Below, one piece after another: positions 21,991 to 30,392 of a DNA stretch of 64,000 nt. The DNA lies in the NCBI GenBank assembly GCA_035545075.1, contig DASZZJ010000099.1:3881-67880 (forward strand), written 5' to 3'. How positions within the stretch are numbered: position 1 is the first letter of the stretch; the number at the start of each line of letters is the position of its first letter. The DNA comes from Candidatus Acidiferrales bacterium (GTDB lineage Bacteria; Acidobacteriota; Terriglobia; Acidiferrales; UBA7541). A program made the position numbers and the translations under genes. The notes under the pieces are model-generated. The model did not search any database. It worked only from the letters and a program-made list of their open reading frames with translations, and was not told the origin of the DNA.

Positions 21991-23331
21991 ATGAACCCCG
22001 TTCAGTCCCCCTTGAAAGCGAAGAACGCAGAGGCGTCCAACACGCCGCGGGAAACACTCACGCTGACCGACAATCGCACCGGCAAGAGCTATGAAATCCC
22101 GATTACGCACGGGACGATCCACGCCACCGACCTGCGGCAGATCAAGGTGGACCCCGCCGAATTCGGGATGATCAGCTACGACCCTGCCTACAACAACACC
22201 GCCTCGTGCACCAGCCGGATCACTTTTATTGACGGAGACGCAGGCATCCTGCGCTACCGGGGCTACCCGATCGAGGAACTCGCGGAGAAGAGCACCTATC
22301 TCGAGACGGCCTATCTGCTGCTGCACGGCGAGTTGCCGACGCGGACGCAACTGGACGACTGGATCTGGCACATCACGCACCACACCTTCATCCACGAGAG
22401 CATCAAGAAGTTTCTCGACGGGTTCCACTACGATGCCCATCCCATGGGCATGATGATTTCGACGATTGCGGCGCTCTCCACTTTTTATCCCGAAGCGAAA
22501 CGGATTTTCGATCCCGAGTCCCGGAAAAAGCAGACCTGGCGCCTGATCGGCAAGATGCCGACGCTCGCCGCCTTCGCCTACCGCCACAGCCTGGGGATGC
22601 CGTTCGCCTATCCGGACAACGAGCTGAGCTATCCCGGAAATTTTCTGAACATGCTGTTCCGGACCACGGAGCTGAAGTACCTTCCGAACCCGACGCTCGA
22701 ACGGGCGCTGGACGTGCTGTTCATCCTGCACGCGGATCACGAACAGAACTGCTCGACGAGCATCATTCGCGGCGTGGGGAGCTCGCACGCGGATCCGTAT
22801 TCGGCGACGGCGGCGGCGACGGCGGCGCTGTACGGTCCGCTGCACGGCGGGGCGAACGAAGAAGTGCTGCGCATGCTGACGGAAATCGGTTCCGTCCAGA
22901 AAGTGCCCGAATACATCAAGCGCGTGAAGGCCGGGGAAGTTCGGCTGATGGGGTTCGGCCACCGCGTGTACAAGAACTATGATCCCCGGGCGCGCATCAT
23001 CAAGAACGTGGCCTACGAAGTTTTCGAACTGATGGGCAAGAACCCGCTGCTGGAGATCGCGCTGGAATGCGAGCGCATCGCTTTGGCCGACGATTACTTC
23101 GTGAAGCGGAAACTCTACCCGAACGTGGATTTCTACACGGGACTCATCTACCAGTCCATGGGTTTTCCGACGACGATGTTCCCGGTGCTGTTCGCCATTC
23201 CGCGGACGTCGGGCTGGATCGCGCAGTGGGAGGAGATGCTGCTCGACAGCGAGCAGAAGATCGCGCGCCCGCGGCAGATCTACCTGGGCCAGCCAACCCG
23301 CGCCTACCTGCCCATGGACGAGCGCGGTTGA
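21991..23331 (+). CDS. gltA: Citrate synthase
   Basis: GILRYRGYPIEELA, HADHEQNCST, GPLHGGANE, GFGHRVYKNYDPRA, YPNVDFY. Confidence 0.97.
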   Translation: MNPVQSPLKAKNAEASNTPRETLTLTDNRTGKSYEIPITHGTIHATDLRQIKVDPAEFGMISYDPAYNNTASCTSRITFIDGDAGILRYRGYPIEELAEKSTYLETAYLLLHGELPTRTQLDDWIWHITHHTFIHESIKKFLDGFHYDAHPMGMMISTIAALSTFYPEAKRIFDPESRKKQTWRLIGKMPTLAAFAYRHSLGMPFAYPDNELSYPGNFLNMLFRTTELKYLPNPTLERALDVLFILHADHEQNCSTSIIRGVGSSHADPYSATAAATAALYGPLHGGANEEVLRMLTEIGSVQKVPEYIKRVKAGEVRLMGFGHRVYKNYDPRARIIKNVAYEVFELMGKNPLLEIALECERIALADDYFVKRKLYPNVDFYTGLIYQSMGFPTTMFPVLFAIPRTSGWIAQWEEMLLDSEQKIARPRQIYLGQPTRAYLPMDERG

Positions 23332-23460
23332 GCGGCGCGATCACGAACCTCCGCACGGACAAGTAAATCCTCGGAATCAAGAATTTTCGTTTTTCAACCA
23401 GCGCGCGGAGAGCAGTGTCCGCATTGGAGATCCCGCTCTGGGCGCTCGATCCAGGTGCAG

Positions 23461-23497
23461 AAAAAAAGGAGGTGAAAGCCAAGAGACTTTCACCTCC
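23461..23497 (-). terminator. Intrinsic terminator
   Basis: 11-bp stem GGAGGTGAAAG/CTTTCACCTCC followed by T7 on the minus strand. Confidence 0.85.
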
Positions 23498-23633
23498 CGG
23501 GGTGGGGTGGGGTGTTGCTATCCAATTCCTTCGGTGGAGCAGAAACCTGCCCTGCCAGGCAGGAATACTTCCTCACTCGCGCGTTCCTTACCGCTGCAGA
23601 GTAACGAGGCTCACCACCAAAGGACTTCTATTG
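23461..23633 (-). ncRNA. Putative structured small RNA (~170 nt), family unassigned
   Basis: Bounded by a sigma70 promoter and a terminator; closing helix CCTTTGGTGG/CCACCGAAGG and internal hairpin CCTGCC/GGCAGG; no convincing ORF. Confidence 0.65.
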
Positions 23634-23639
23634 GGGCCG

Positions 23640-23668
23640 GGTATAGCATCCGCACTCGCGGCTGTCAA
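23640..23668 (-). promoter_or_regulatory. sigma70-type promoter of the putative sRNA
   Basis: TTGACA-17 bp-TATACC with a TG extension. Confidence 0.7.
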
Positions 23669-23702
23669 CGGCAAAAGCAGGGGAAGCGAAGAAGCCGGCG
23701 CG

Positions 23703-24683
23703 CTAAGGTTTCTCGGGCGGTTCTTCGACACGATGAAGAATGAGTGCAATGAGTCCGCCGACCAAGCCCCCGGAGATGATCACACCTTCCCAGACGAGGC
23801 CGGCGGCAAGAACCAGAGGGCCCGGGGCGCCGAACGGCGCGAGCAGAGCCACCAGGGCCGCTTCCCGCACGCCGATTCCACCCTGGGTAATCGGCAGCAA
23901 CGCAGCAAGTTTGGCCAGCGGCCAGGCCAGAAGCCACGCCCGGAGGGGCAAGATCAACCCGCAGGAAATGCCGAGAAGCGCGTTGAGCGTGAGAAAGCTT
24001 CCTTGTATGAGAAGGCCCAGCATCCAGCCGAACACGAGGACGTGCGGACGCCGCGATACGCTCCGAAGCCCGTAGCGAAATCGCCCCAGCCGGCGTCGAA
24101 ACCGCACCGAGCGCCCGCGCAGAATCGGCCGGCGCAGGATGAGGAGAAGCAAGGCGGCAGCCACTGCAATCGCTCCGACGATGAGCAATCGATGGCGCGC
24201 CGCGGCCTGCCAGCCGGCGGGAAGCGAACCGGGAAGCAGGAAGATGCCAGTAAGGGCGAGCGTCGCCAGCGCGGTCACGTCCAGAAAACGATCGGTGATA
24301 TTTCCCGCCAGAACCGAAGCGGGGCGCGGGCTGCGGCGCAGCCCGACCGCAAGGCGCACAGCATCCCCGCCGATGATCGAGGGGAGAAAGAGAGTGCCGA
24401 ACAGGCCGCCGGTATAGCACTGCGCGCTGGTGGAAAAATCCAGATCGGCTCCGGCTGCGTTCACCACCATCCGCCATTTGAAAACGCCGATGGTGTGCGC
24501 GAGCAAGTACCCGATCAGAGCGGCCAGGAAGCGCGTGCCCGGAACACGGGAGAGCGCGGCACGCAGGGGCGCAAAGGGAAGAAAATGGAAAAGCAAAGCG
24601 AGGACGGCGAGCGCCGCGATCCATCGCAAGAGAATGACGACGCGACCGCGCACTGCGGGGCGGGAATGGTGGGCGCCGATCAT
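23703..24683 (-). CDS. Lysylphosphatidylglycerol-synthase TM / UPF0104 flippase-like membrane protein
   Basis: KWRMVV, FLPSIIGGDAVR, DRFLD, LPITQGGIGVREA. Confidence 0.85.
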   Translation of the reverse strand: MIGAHHSRPAVRGRVVILLRWIAALAVLALLFHFLPFAPLRAALSRVPGTRFLAALIGYLLAHTIGVFKWRMVVNAAGADLDFSTSAQCYTGGLFGTLFLPSIIGGDAVRLAVGLRRSPRPASVLAGNITDRFLDVTALATLALTGIFLLPGSLPAGWQAAARHRLLIVGAIAVAAALLLLILRRPILRGRSVRFRRRLGRFRYGLRSVSRRPHVLVFGWMLGLLIQGSFLTLNALLGISCGLILPLRAWLLAWPLAKLAALLPITQGGIGVREAALVALLAPFGAPGPLVLAAGLVWEGVIISGGLVGGLIALILHRVEEPPEKP

Positions 24684-24705
24684 TCGTCAGAGTTCACGCG
24701 CGAGA

Positions 24706-24996
24706 TCAGGCACCGAAGATCTCATTGATTTTCGCGGCAAGTTCGAAATCGAGATTGCTGATTCCATTGACGCTGTGCGTGGCGAGGTCCACGACGACTT
24801 TGTTCCAAACGTTGAACCACTCGGGATGGTGGTTCATCGACTCCGCAACGAGCGCGACGCGGGTCATGTTGCCGAAGGCGGTCACGAAATCCTTGCATTC
24901 AAAGGCGCGGTGGAGTTTGCCGTTCTGCACCGCCCAGCCCTTTGCGCCGGCCAAGCGGGTTTGAATCTCTGCTTCCGTCAGTTTCTGCGCGCTCAT
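24706..24996 (-). CDS. phhB: Pterin-4-alpha-carbinolamine dehydratase
   Basis: AESMNHHPEWFNVWNKV..LATHSVNGISNLDFELA. Confidence 0.92.
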   Translation of the reverse strand: MSAQKLTEAEIQTRLAGAKGWAVQNGKLHRAFECKDFVTAFGNMTRVALVAESMNHHPEWFNVWNKVVVDLATHSVNGISNLDFELAAKINEIFGA

Positions 24997-25227
24997 GTCT
25001 GTGGCCTCCAGTCTGCCGAATCGAGAGTGTAACGCAGAGCGAAGCCCCGCGGTTGTTCTCTTTCTGGCCGGGCTGCGCCGCACGCGGTTCACGGAAAGAG
25101 ACCGTCGTTTTCGCGGGCGCAGGCTTTTGCGTTGCCTGGCCGGTCGATTTCCATTATCGTTAAGGTTTTCCCAGGTGCCTGGAGCTGCGGCAAGCGCCTG
25201 CGCCGCGGAGAATCCTCGGAGCGAATC

Positions 25228-26241
25228 GTGAAAAAGAGAATTCGCGCCATCCAGTATGGCGCCGGACCCATCGGTGCCTCCATCGCCCGCCTGCTGCGGG
25301 AAAAACAGGCGGTGGAGATTTGCGGAGCGATTGACACGGACCCGGCAAAGGAAGGACGGGACCTCGGTGAAATCGCCGGGGCAGCGGACGCCCCGTGGGG
25401 GGTGAAGATCTCCGCGGATGCCAAGGAAGTGCTGGCGCAGGCTGTGGACGTGGTGATCCACTCGACCTCGTCGTCCCTGCCGAAGGTGATGGACCAGTTG
25501 CTGGCCTGCCTGGAAGCGGAGTCGTGCGTCGTCTCGACGTGCGAAGAGCTTTCTTATCCTTACCGCACCTATCCTGAGCTGGCGGCAAAGCTCGACGCCG
25601 CGGCGAAAGAGTGGGGCGTAGCGCTGGTGGGGACGGGGATCAACCCGGGGTTTGTGATGGACAAGCTGGTGGTCACGCTGGGGGCAGTGGCACAGCGGAT
25701 CGAGCACGCGCGCGCGGTGCGAATCGTGGACGCAGCGAAGCGGCGGCTGCCGCTGCAGAAAAAAATCGGCGCGGGGATGAACGTGGATGAGTTCCGCGCG
25801 CAAGTGGCGGCGGGGGTCATCAAGCACGTGGGCCTGCCGGAGTCGGTGGCGATGGTCGCGGACAGCCTGGGGCTGCCGATAGACCAGATTACGGAGACGA
25901 TCGAGCCGGTGGTCGCACCGGAACGCGTGCAGACGGAATTTTTGACGGTGGAAGCCGGACAGGCCGCCGGTGTGCACCAGATTGCGCGGGGTACGGCGGG
26001 CGGAAAAGAACTCGTCCATCTCGAGTTGCTGATGTATGTGGGCGCAAAGGACCCAGGGGACACCATCGAGTTGACGGGCCATCCGAATATCCGCCTGGTG
26101 ATCCCCGGCGGGGCGCACGGAGACATCGCCACGGCAGCGGTGGTGGTCAACACGATACCCGCGATTCTGGACGCTCCGGCGGGGCTGCGGACGTCGCGGG
26201 ACCTGCCCATCGGGTTTTTCGCGCCAGGGGCAAGGCCGTAG
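25228..26241 (+). CDS. DapB-like NAD(P)-dependent oxidoreductase (2,4-diaminopentanoate / amine dehydrogenase family)
   Basis: YGAGPIG Rossmann motif, VSTCEEL, GTGINPGFVMD, GDIATAA..N..P..APAGL. Confidence 0.8.
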   Translation: MKKRIRAIQYGAGPIGASIARLLREKQAVEICGAIDTDPAKEGRDLGEIAGAADAPWGVKISADAKEVLAQAVDVVIHSTSSSLPKVMDQLLACLEAESCVVSTCEELSYPYRTYPELAAKLDAAAKEWGVALVGTGINPGFVMDKLVVTLGAVAQRIEHARAVRIVDAAKRRLPLQKKIGAGMNVDEFRAQVAAGVIKHVGLPESVAMVADSLGLPIDQITETIEPVVAPERVQTEFLTVEAGQAAGVHQIARGTAGGKELVHLELLMYVGAKDPGDTIELTGHPNIRLVIPGGAHGDIATAAVVVNTIPAILDAPAGLRTSRDLPIGFFAPGARP

Positions 26242-26350
26242 CCGCCTGCGGCGGGCAGGCCCGCCCTTCGCCAGAACTGTGGCGGGCAAGCCCTCGTCGC
26301 GTAGGCTGCGGCGCGGCTCCTCTCGGGCCGCAGGGGTAACAAGGAAGGTA

Positions 26351-26446
26351 CTCCCCCTCCCCCCTGTTTTTTGTAAGTGTTGATTGTAAAGGAGTTGAAA
26401 GCCTTTGTTTTGATACACTTTTACAAGTGTTGATTCTAAGGAACTT
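26351..26446. repeat. AT-rich element with two 25-bp direct repeats (IHF-site-like)
   Basis: TGTAAGTGTTGATTGTAAAGGAGTT (26372) and TACAAGTGTTGATTCTAAGGAACTT (26422), 50-bp period, preceded by a C-run. Confidence 0.7.
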
Positions 26447-26654
26447 AGGAGAGCGCAAAGTGGTGAAGCAGAAGAAGCCTGAGGTAACGAGCGGGAGGCC
26501 TACAGCGACCTGGGACGTCAAACTCACAAACTATGTTACCACAGGTGTACTATAATTGTCAAGGAATAATTGTAAGCGATTGGCGGGAAACGGCTTTCTA
26601 GATGTCAGAGATCGGAGGCTGAGTATATTCCCGCCCACTCAAAGGGGGTGAAGA

Positions 26655-26903
26655 ATGGAACCAAGAGTTACAATTGCCGCTACTGTAGTGATTTCTTTGA
26701 TATTCGGGGGCGCAACGCTCGGAGTGTTCTTGACCAAAATCGAAGGATTCGGAAAGTATACGACAAGCGTGCTGGTACTGATCCTAGCCCTGTTTGTAGG
26801 TAGTCTCGCTCTTGCCATCGGCAAGATTGAAGCTCAACCGTTCGTGAGCCTACTATTTGCCGTCGTTGGTTACGCTGGCGGTCTAATTAGTAAGAAAGAT
26901 TAG
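26655..26903 (+). CDS. Small three-TM membrane protein
   Basis: 82 aa, three hydrophobic segments, purine-rich RBS, atypical AT-richer codons. Confidence 0.65.
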   Translation: MEPRVTIAATVVISLIFGGATLGVFLTKIEGFGKYTTSVLVLILALFVGSLALAIGKIEAQPFVSLLFAVVGYAGGLISKKD

Positions 26904-27000
26904 GCTGCCGCTCTGGCAGATTGATAAGCTGGTTGCGAAACTGCTTTGATCCATCGCTGAGCACGGATTGCCTGAAGCCTCGAATTGACGTGGGTAAATT

Positions 27001-28164
27001 ATGAGCCGATCCGTACAGATTCGAGTCCACCCCCTGGTACTTAAGTGGGCGCGGGAAAGCTCAGGCGCAACGGTCGAGGATGCTGCCAAACGCGCCAAGG
27101 TGCCTTCGGGCATCTTCGCAAAGTGGGAGAACAAAGGAACCGCACTCAGCCTGACGCAGGCCAGGGGGCTGGCTGCTTACTTTAGGAGGCCACTGGCCGC
27201 GTTTCTTCTTTCCGAGCCGCCTCCCGAACCACCTATGCCGCGAGACTTTCGCACTCTTCCCCACGCTAAGGATCGCTTCGAGCGCGATACCCGCTTTGCC
27301 ATCCGGAAGGCGCGGCGGCTGCAAACGGTGGCTGGGGAGCTCATGCAGTCCTTGGAGCGCGACACCTCCCCTCCCTTTGAGGGGGCCAAAGTCTCGGACG
27401 ACCCCGCAGCTGTGGCGAGCCGAGAGAGGGATCGGCTGGGAGTAAGCCTTGACCAGCAGCAGGACTGGCAGAATGAGTGGGAAGCCTTCCGCGAATGGCG
27501 CGCCGCTATCGAGCGTCAAAACATCCTGACCCTCCAGTTACCCATCACGGTCGAGGATGTGCGCGGGTTTTCCTTAGGTGACCAGAAACCATATGTGATC
27601 ACGGTGAGCTCATCAGATGCGGTTCGCGCACGCATCTTCACGCTGTTCCATGAATACAGCCATCTTCTCCTTCACAATGCGGGGATCTGTGCCCCAAGGT
27701 TCGAGGCTAACGGTCAGAGACAAGAATTCGAGGTCGAGCAGTGGTGCAACCGCTTTGCCGGTGAGTTTCTTGTTCCGAGATCGGCACTTGAACTTGCGTT
27801 ACCAGGACGAGCCCAACTTGAAACCCAGGCACTTGCTGATGCATTAGCGGCGGGGGCCAAGACGTTCAAGGTCAGCGAAGCGGTCATGCTGTTTAGGTTG
27901 TTGCATGTGGGCCGCGTGTCGAAGACAACGTTTCGGCACACTCTTGCACAACTAGAGGTCGGAGCGCGTCGGGCCAAACATAAGGGCGGCCCCGTTCGCC
28001 CCGCAAGAAAGTGTCTCGCCGAAAACGGCGTCCTCTTTTCCTCTTTGGTTTTGGAGGCGAGAAACCGGGGCGCCATAACCCACGCCGACGTTAGCGACTT
28101 CTTGAGCGTGCGCCTGAAGCACTTACCCGAGATTGAATCGTCATTGATGGCACGCGCGGCATGA
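27001..28164 (+). CDS. XRE-HTH + ImmA/IrrE (peptidase M78) metalloprotease
   Basis: N-terminal HTH (LKWARESSG..KWE), DFR, FTLFHEYSH (HExxH), EQWCNRFAGEFLVP. Confidence 0.9.
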   Translation: MSRSVQIRVHPLVLKWARESSGATVEDAAKRAKVPSGIFAKWENKGTALSLTQARGLAAYFRRPLAAFLLSEPPPEPPMPRDFRTLPHAKDRFERDTRFAIRKARRLQTVAGELMQSLERDTSPPFEGAKVSDDPAAVASRERDRLGVSLDQQQDWQNEWEAFREWRAAIERQNILTLQLPITVEDVRGFSLGDQKPYVITVSSSDAVRARIFTLFHEYSHLLLHNAGICAPRFEANGQRQEFEVEQWCNRFAGEFLVPRSALELALPGRAQLETQALADALAAGAKTFKVSEAVMLFRLLHVGRVSKTTFRHTLAQLEVGARRAKHKGGPVRPARKCLAENGVLFSSLVLEARNRGAITHADVSDFLSVRLKHLPEIESSLMARAA

Positions 28165-28170
28165 GACTTC

Positions 28171-28659
28171 ATGGCCGATGACATATACTGCATCGACGCG
28201 AGCTCCCTGATCAAGTTGAAACAGGATTTTCGGCGGAACGTTTTCACATCGCTGTGGGACAAGCTAGAAAAGTTAATTCAAGAAGGCAGGTTGATTGCTG
28301 CAAATGAAGTGTTGGAGGAGATCAAGAAGGACGACATCCTTGGTCCATGGGCCAGGAAGAACAAGAAGGTTTTCAGAAAACTAGACCAGAAGCAAGTGGA
28401 GCTGGCGGCCGAGGTTGCAGGCAAATTCCCGGAGCTGGCGAAGCCAGGGCGGTTCGGCCCTGCAGCTGACACCTTTGTCGTCGCACTCGCGCGTGTACAA
28501 GACCAAGAGTTGGCCGGTTCGCTGCTCTCGCCGCAGTCTCGATGCGTGCTCGTGACTGAAGAGCGCGGCCCAAACAAGATACCTGGCGCTTGCAAACACT
28601 ACGCTGTGACCTGTGTGAACATCGTTGATCTATTTGAGCGCGAGGGTTGGAAATTCTAG
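28171..28659 (+). CDS. PIN-fold protein (DUF4411-like)
   Basis: YCIDASSLI, FTSLWDKL, EVLEEI, ADTFVVALA, LVTEE, KIPGACKHY. Confidence 0.85.
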   Translation: MADDIYCIDASSLIKLKQDFRRNVFTSLWDKLEKLIQEGRLIAANEVLEEIKKDDILGPWARKNKKVFRKLDQKQVELAAEVAGKFPELAKPGRFGPAADTFVVALARVQDQELAGSLLSPQSRCVLVTEERGPNKIPGACKHYAVTCVNIVDLFEREGWKF

Positions 28660-28723
28660 GATGCTGGTTGAGGCAGTGACCGGAACCGCTTGGGACATGG
28701 GCGGATCAGTGGGAAGGAACCTG

Positions 28724-29210
28724 AAGAGAGGTTCCTCGCTGCGCTCGGTCCCCGGTAGGCCCATCGGGGCGGGCCCTCAGAACCGTCCGGGATGCCCCGA
28801 ACGGTCGGGGTAGACGCCAGGCGCAAATGAAGTGTTTTCCTCGAGGCACGGAATCCATTATTGGCTCTGCTCATCACAAGAGACTCAAGTGCCGCACCTC
28901 CGGCGCTGGCGATTCTCCCCGCTATTATTCCCAGCCCTCATGGGCTGGGCTATCCTCTGGCGCGCCCTCCGGGGGCTACACAGAAACGAAGATGCCCTGT
29001 ACGATGCGGGGCGCTCGGGCTATAAGAGCAAAGCGGCGTCGAGCCGCCGCACTCCAAAATTATATCTTCCAGAATTACATGACGGCGGCGTGGGGCCCCG
29101 CAGATTCGTCCGGGACGCAAACGGCGCGCTCCGCTCAGGGCAAGCCGTTCGCCAGCAAAGAGGGTGGTACCCAGCAACGACCTTGCGCTGGGGGATTCGC
29201 CACCCTCCCG
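28724..29210. repeat. Cluster of REP-like palindromic elements
   Basis: GTTCCTCGCTGCGCTCGG..AATGA, CCCCGAACGGTCGGGG, CCCAGCCCTCATGGGCTGGG, GCGGCGTCGAGCCGCCGC; units shared with 30192-30343 and 50981-51062. Confidence 0.7.
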
Positions 29211-29260
29211 TATTAGGCGTACAATTGCTGCCGTTCTTGAAGTCAAAAAGGAGATTCCGG

Positions 29261-30157
29261 ATGAGACATCGAAGATTGGGCCTTTTCGGTCTCTTACTAC
29301 TCCTTGCCGGTCCCTGCGCCGCGCAAACGGCCAACCGCGTCACGATCCTGTACGACGCGTTTGGAAAAACGGAGACGCTGACCAAGGATTGGGGCTTTTC
29401 CGCTTTGATTGAATCTGGCGGAAAACGCATCCTTTTCGATACCGGAAATAGCGCGCAGATTTTCGAACACAACGTCAAAGCGCTAGGTGTGGACCTCGGA
29501 AACCTGGATTTCGTGGTGATCTCGCATCGCCACGCCGACCACACGAGCGGTCTCACCTACCTGCTGAGCGTCAACCCGACGGTGAAGATCTACACGCCAG
29601 ACGAACCGTTCGGGCTCTTCGGGAAGGGAGTTCCCAACACTTTTTATCGCAAGGACCAATCCTTAGCGGCGGGCATGCGCTATTTCGATGGGAACCCGCC
29701 ACAGGTGTTGTCGGCCGGGAGTCCCTGGCCAAAGGCGAACTTTGTGCCGGTGACCTCCGTGATGGAAGTCGCGCCGGGTTTTTTTCTGATCCCGACCATT
29801 TCACAGGTGACAGGGACAATCGAGCTGCGCGAGGTTTCCTTGGCGATTCGCAGCCCGGACGGGCTGATTCTGGTGGATGGCTGTTCCCATGCGGGGGTGG
29901 AAAAAATCCTCGAGGCAGTGACGAAAATAGACACGCACATTCATGTGCTGTTTGGAGGGCTGCATCTGGTACAAGCTCCTGACCCGGAAATCGAGCGTAT
30001 TTCCAGCGCTCTGCGAAACCAGTGGAAAATCGATTACATCGCAATCGGGCATTGCACGGGCGAGCCGACATTTGTAGCGCTTCAAAAAACGTTTGGTGAT
30101 CGCTACATTTACGCAGGCGTTGGGACCGTAGTGCAGATTCCTTCTAGCAGTCGTTAA
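29261..30157 (+). CDS. Secreted MBL-fold metallo-hydrolase
   Basis: AAGGAG RBS, signal peptide, ILFDTG, SHRHADHTSG (HxHxDH), GCSH, GGLHL, GHCTG. Confidence 0.88.
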   Translation: MRHRRLGLFGLLLLLAGPCAAQTANRVTILYDAFGKTETLTKDWGFSALIESGGKRILFDTGNSAQIFEHNVKALGVDLGNLDFVVISHRHADHTSGLTYLLSVNPTVKIYTPDEPFGLFGKGVPNTFYRKDQSLAAGMRYFDGNPPQVLSAGSPWPKANFVPVTSVMEVAPGFFLIPTISQVTGTIELREVSLAIRSPDGLILVDGCSHAGVEKILEAVTKIDTHIHVLFGGLHLVQAPDPEIERISSALRNQWKIDYIAIGHCTGEPTFVALQKTFGDRYIYAGVGTVVQIPSSSR

Positions 30158-30191
30158 TTTGAGCTGTTTGATGACGGAAAGAAAAAGACTT

Positions 30192-30343
30192 AAGAGAGAT
30201 TCATCGCGCGAAAGGCGCGCGATGGCGCAGAGTTCCTCGACTGCGCAGGCCGAACTTTCACCGGAGCGAAACGGGAGGACAAAACGTCGGCCTGCTCCGC
30301 TCGGTCCCGCAGAACCCTCCGGGATGCAAAAGGCGCAAATGAC
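30192..30343. repeat. Nested REP-like palindromic element
   Basis: CATCGCGCGAAAGGCGCGCGATG, GCAGGCCGA..TCGGCCTGC, CGCTCGGTCCCGCAGAACCCTCCGGGATGC..GGCGCAAATGAC similar to 28731-28830. Confidence 0.7.
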
Positions 30344-30392
30344 GGGGTCGGTGGCCGGATCGGACGTGACAGCGGATCGTGCTGCGCAATCG

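Noticed and set aside
21793-22962. N-terminal extension of the pirin ORF to 622 aa; likewise 24706-26418, 28832-30157 and 59261-60796
   Set aside because: Extensions are antisense to or overlap real genes or repeats; internal starts with RBS or family N-termini fit better.
23461-23633. Calling the sRNA 6S or SRP RNA
   Set aside because: It lacks the SRP domain IV motif and does not obviously form the single 6S rod with a central bubble; left unassigned pending an Rfam search.
26372-26446. CRISPR-like repeat pair
   Set aside because: Only two degenerate copies, and no cas genes or leader.
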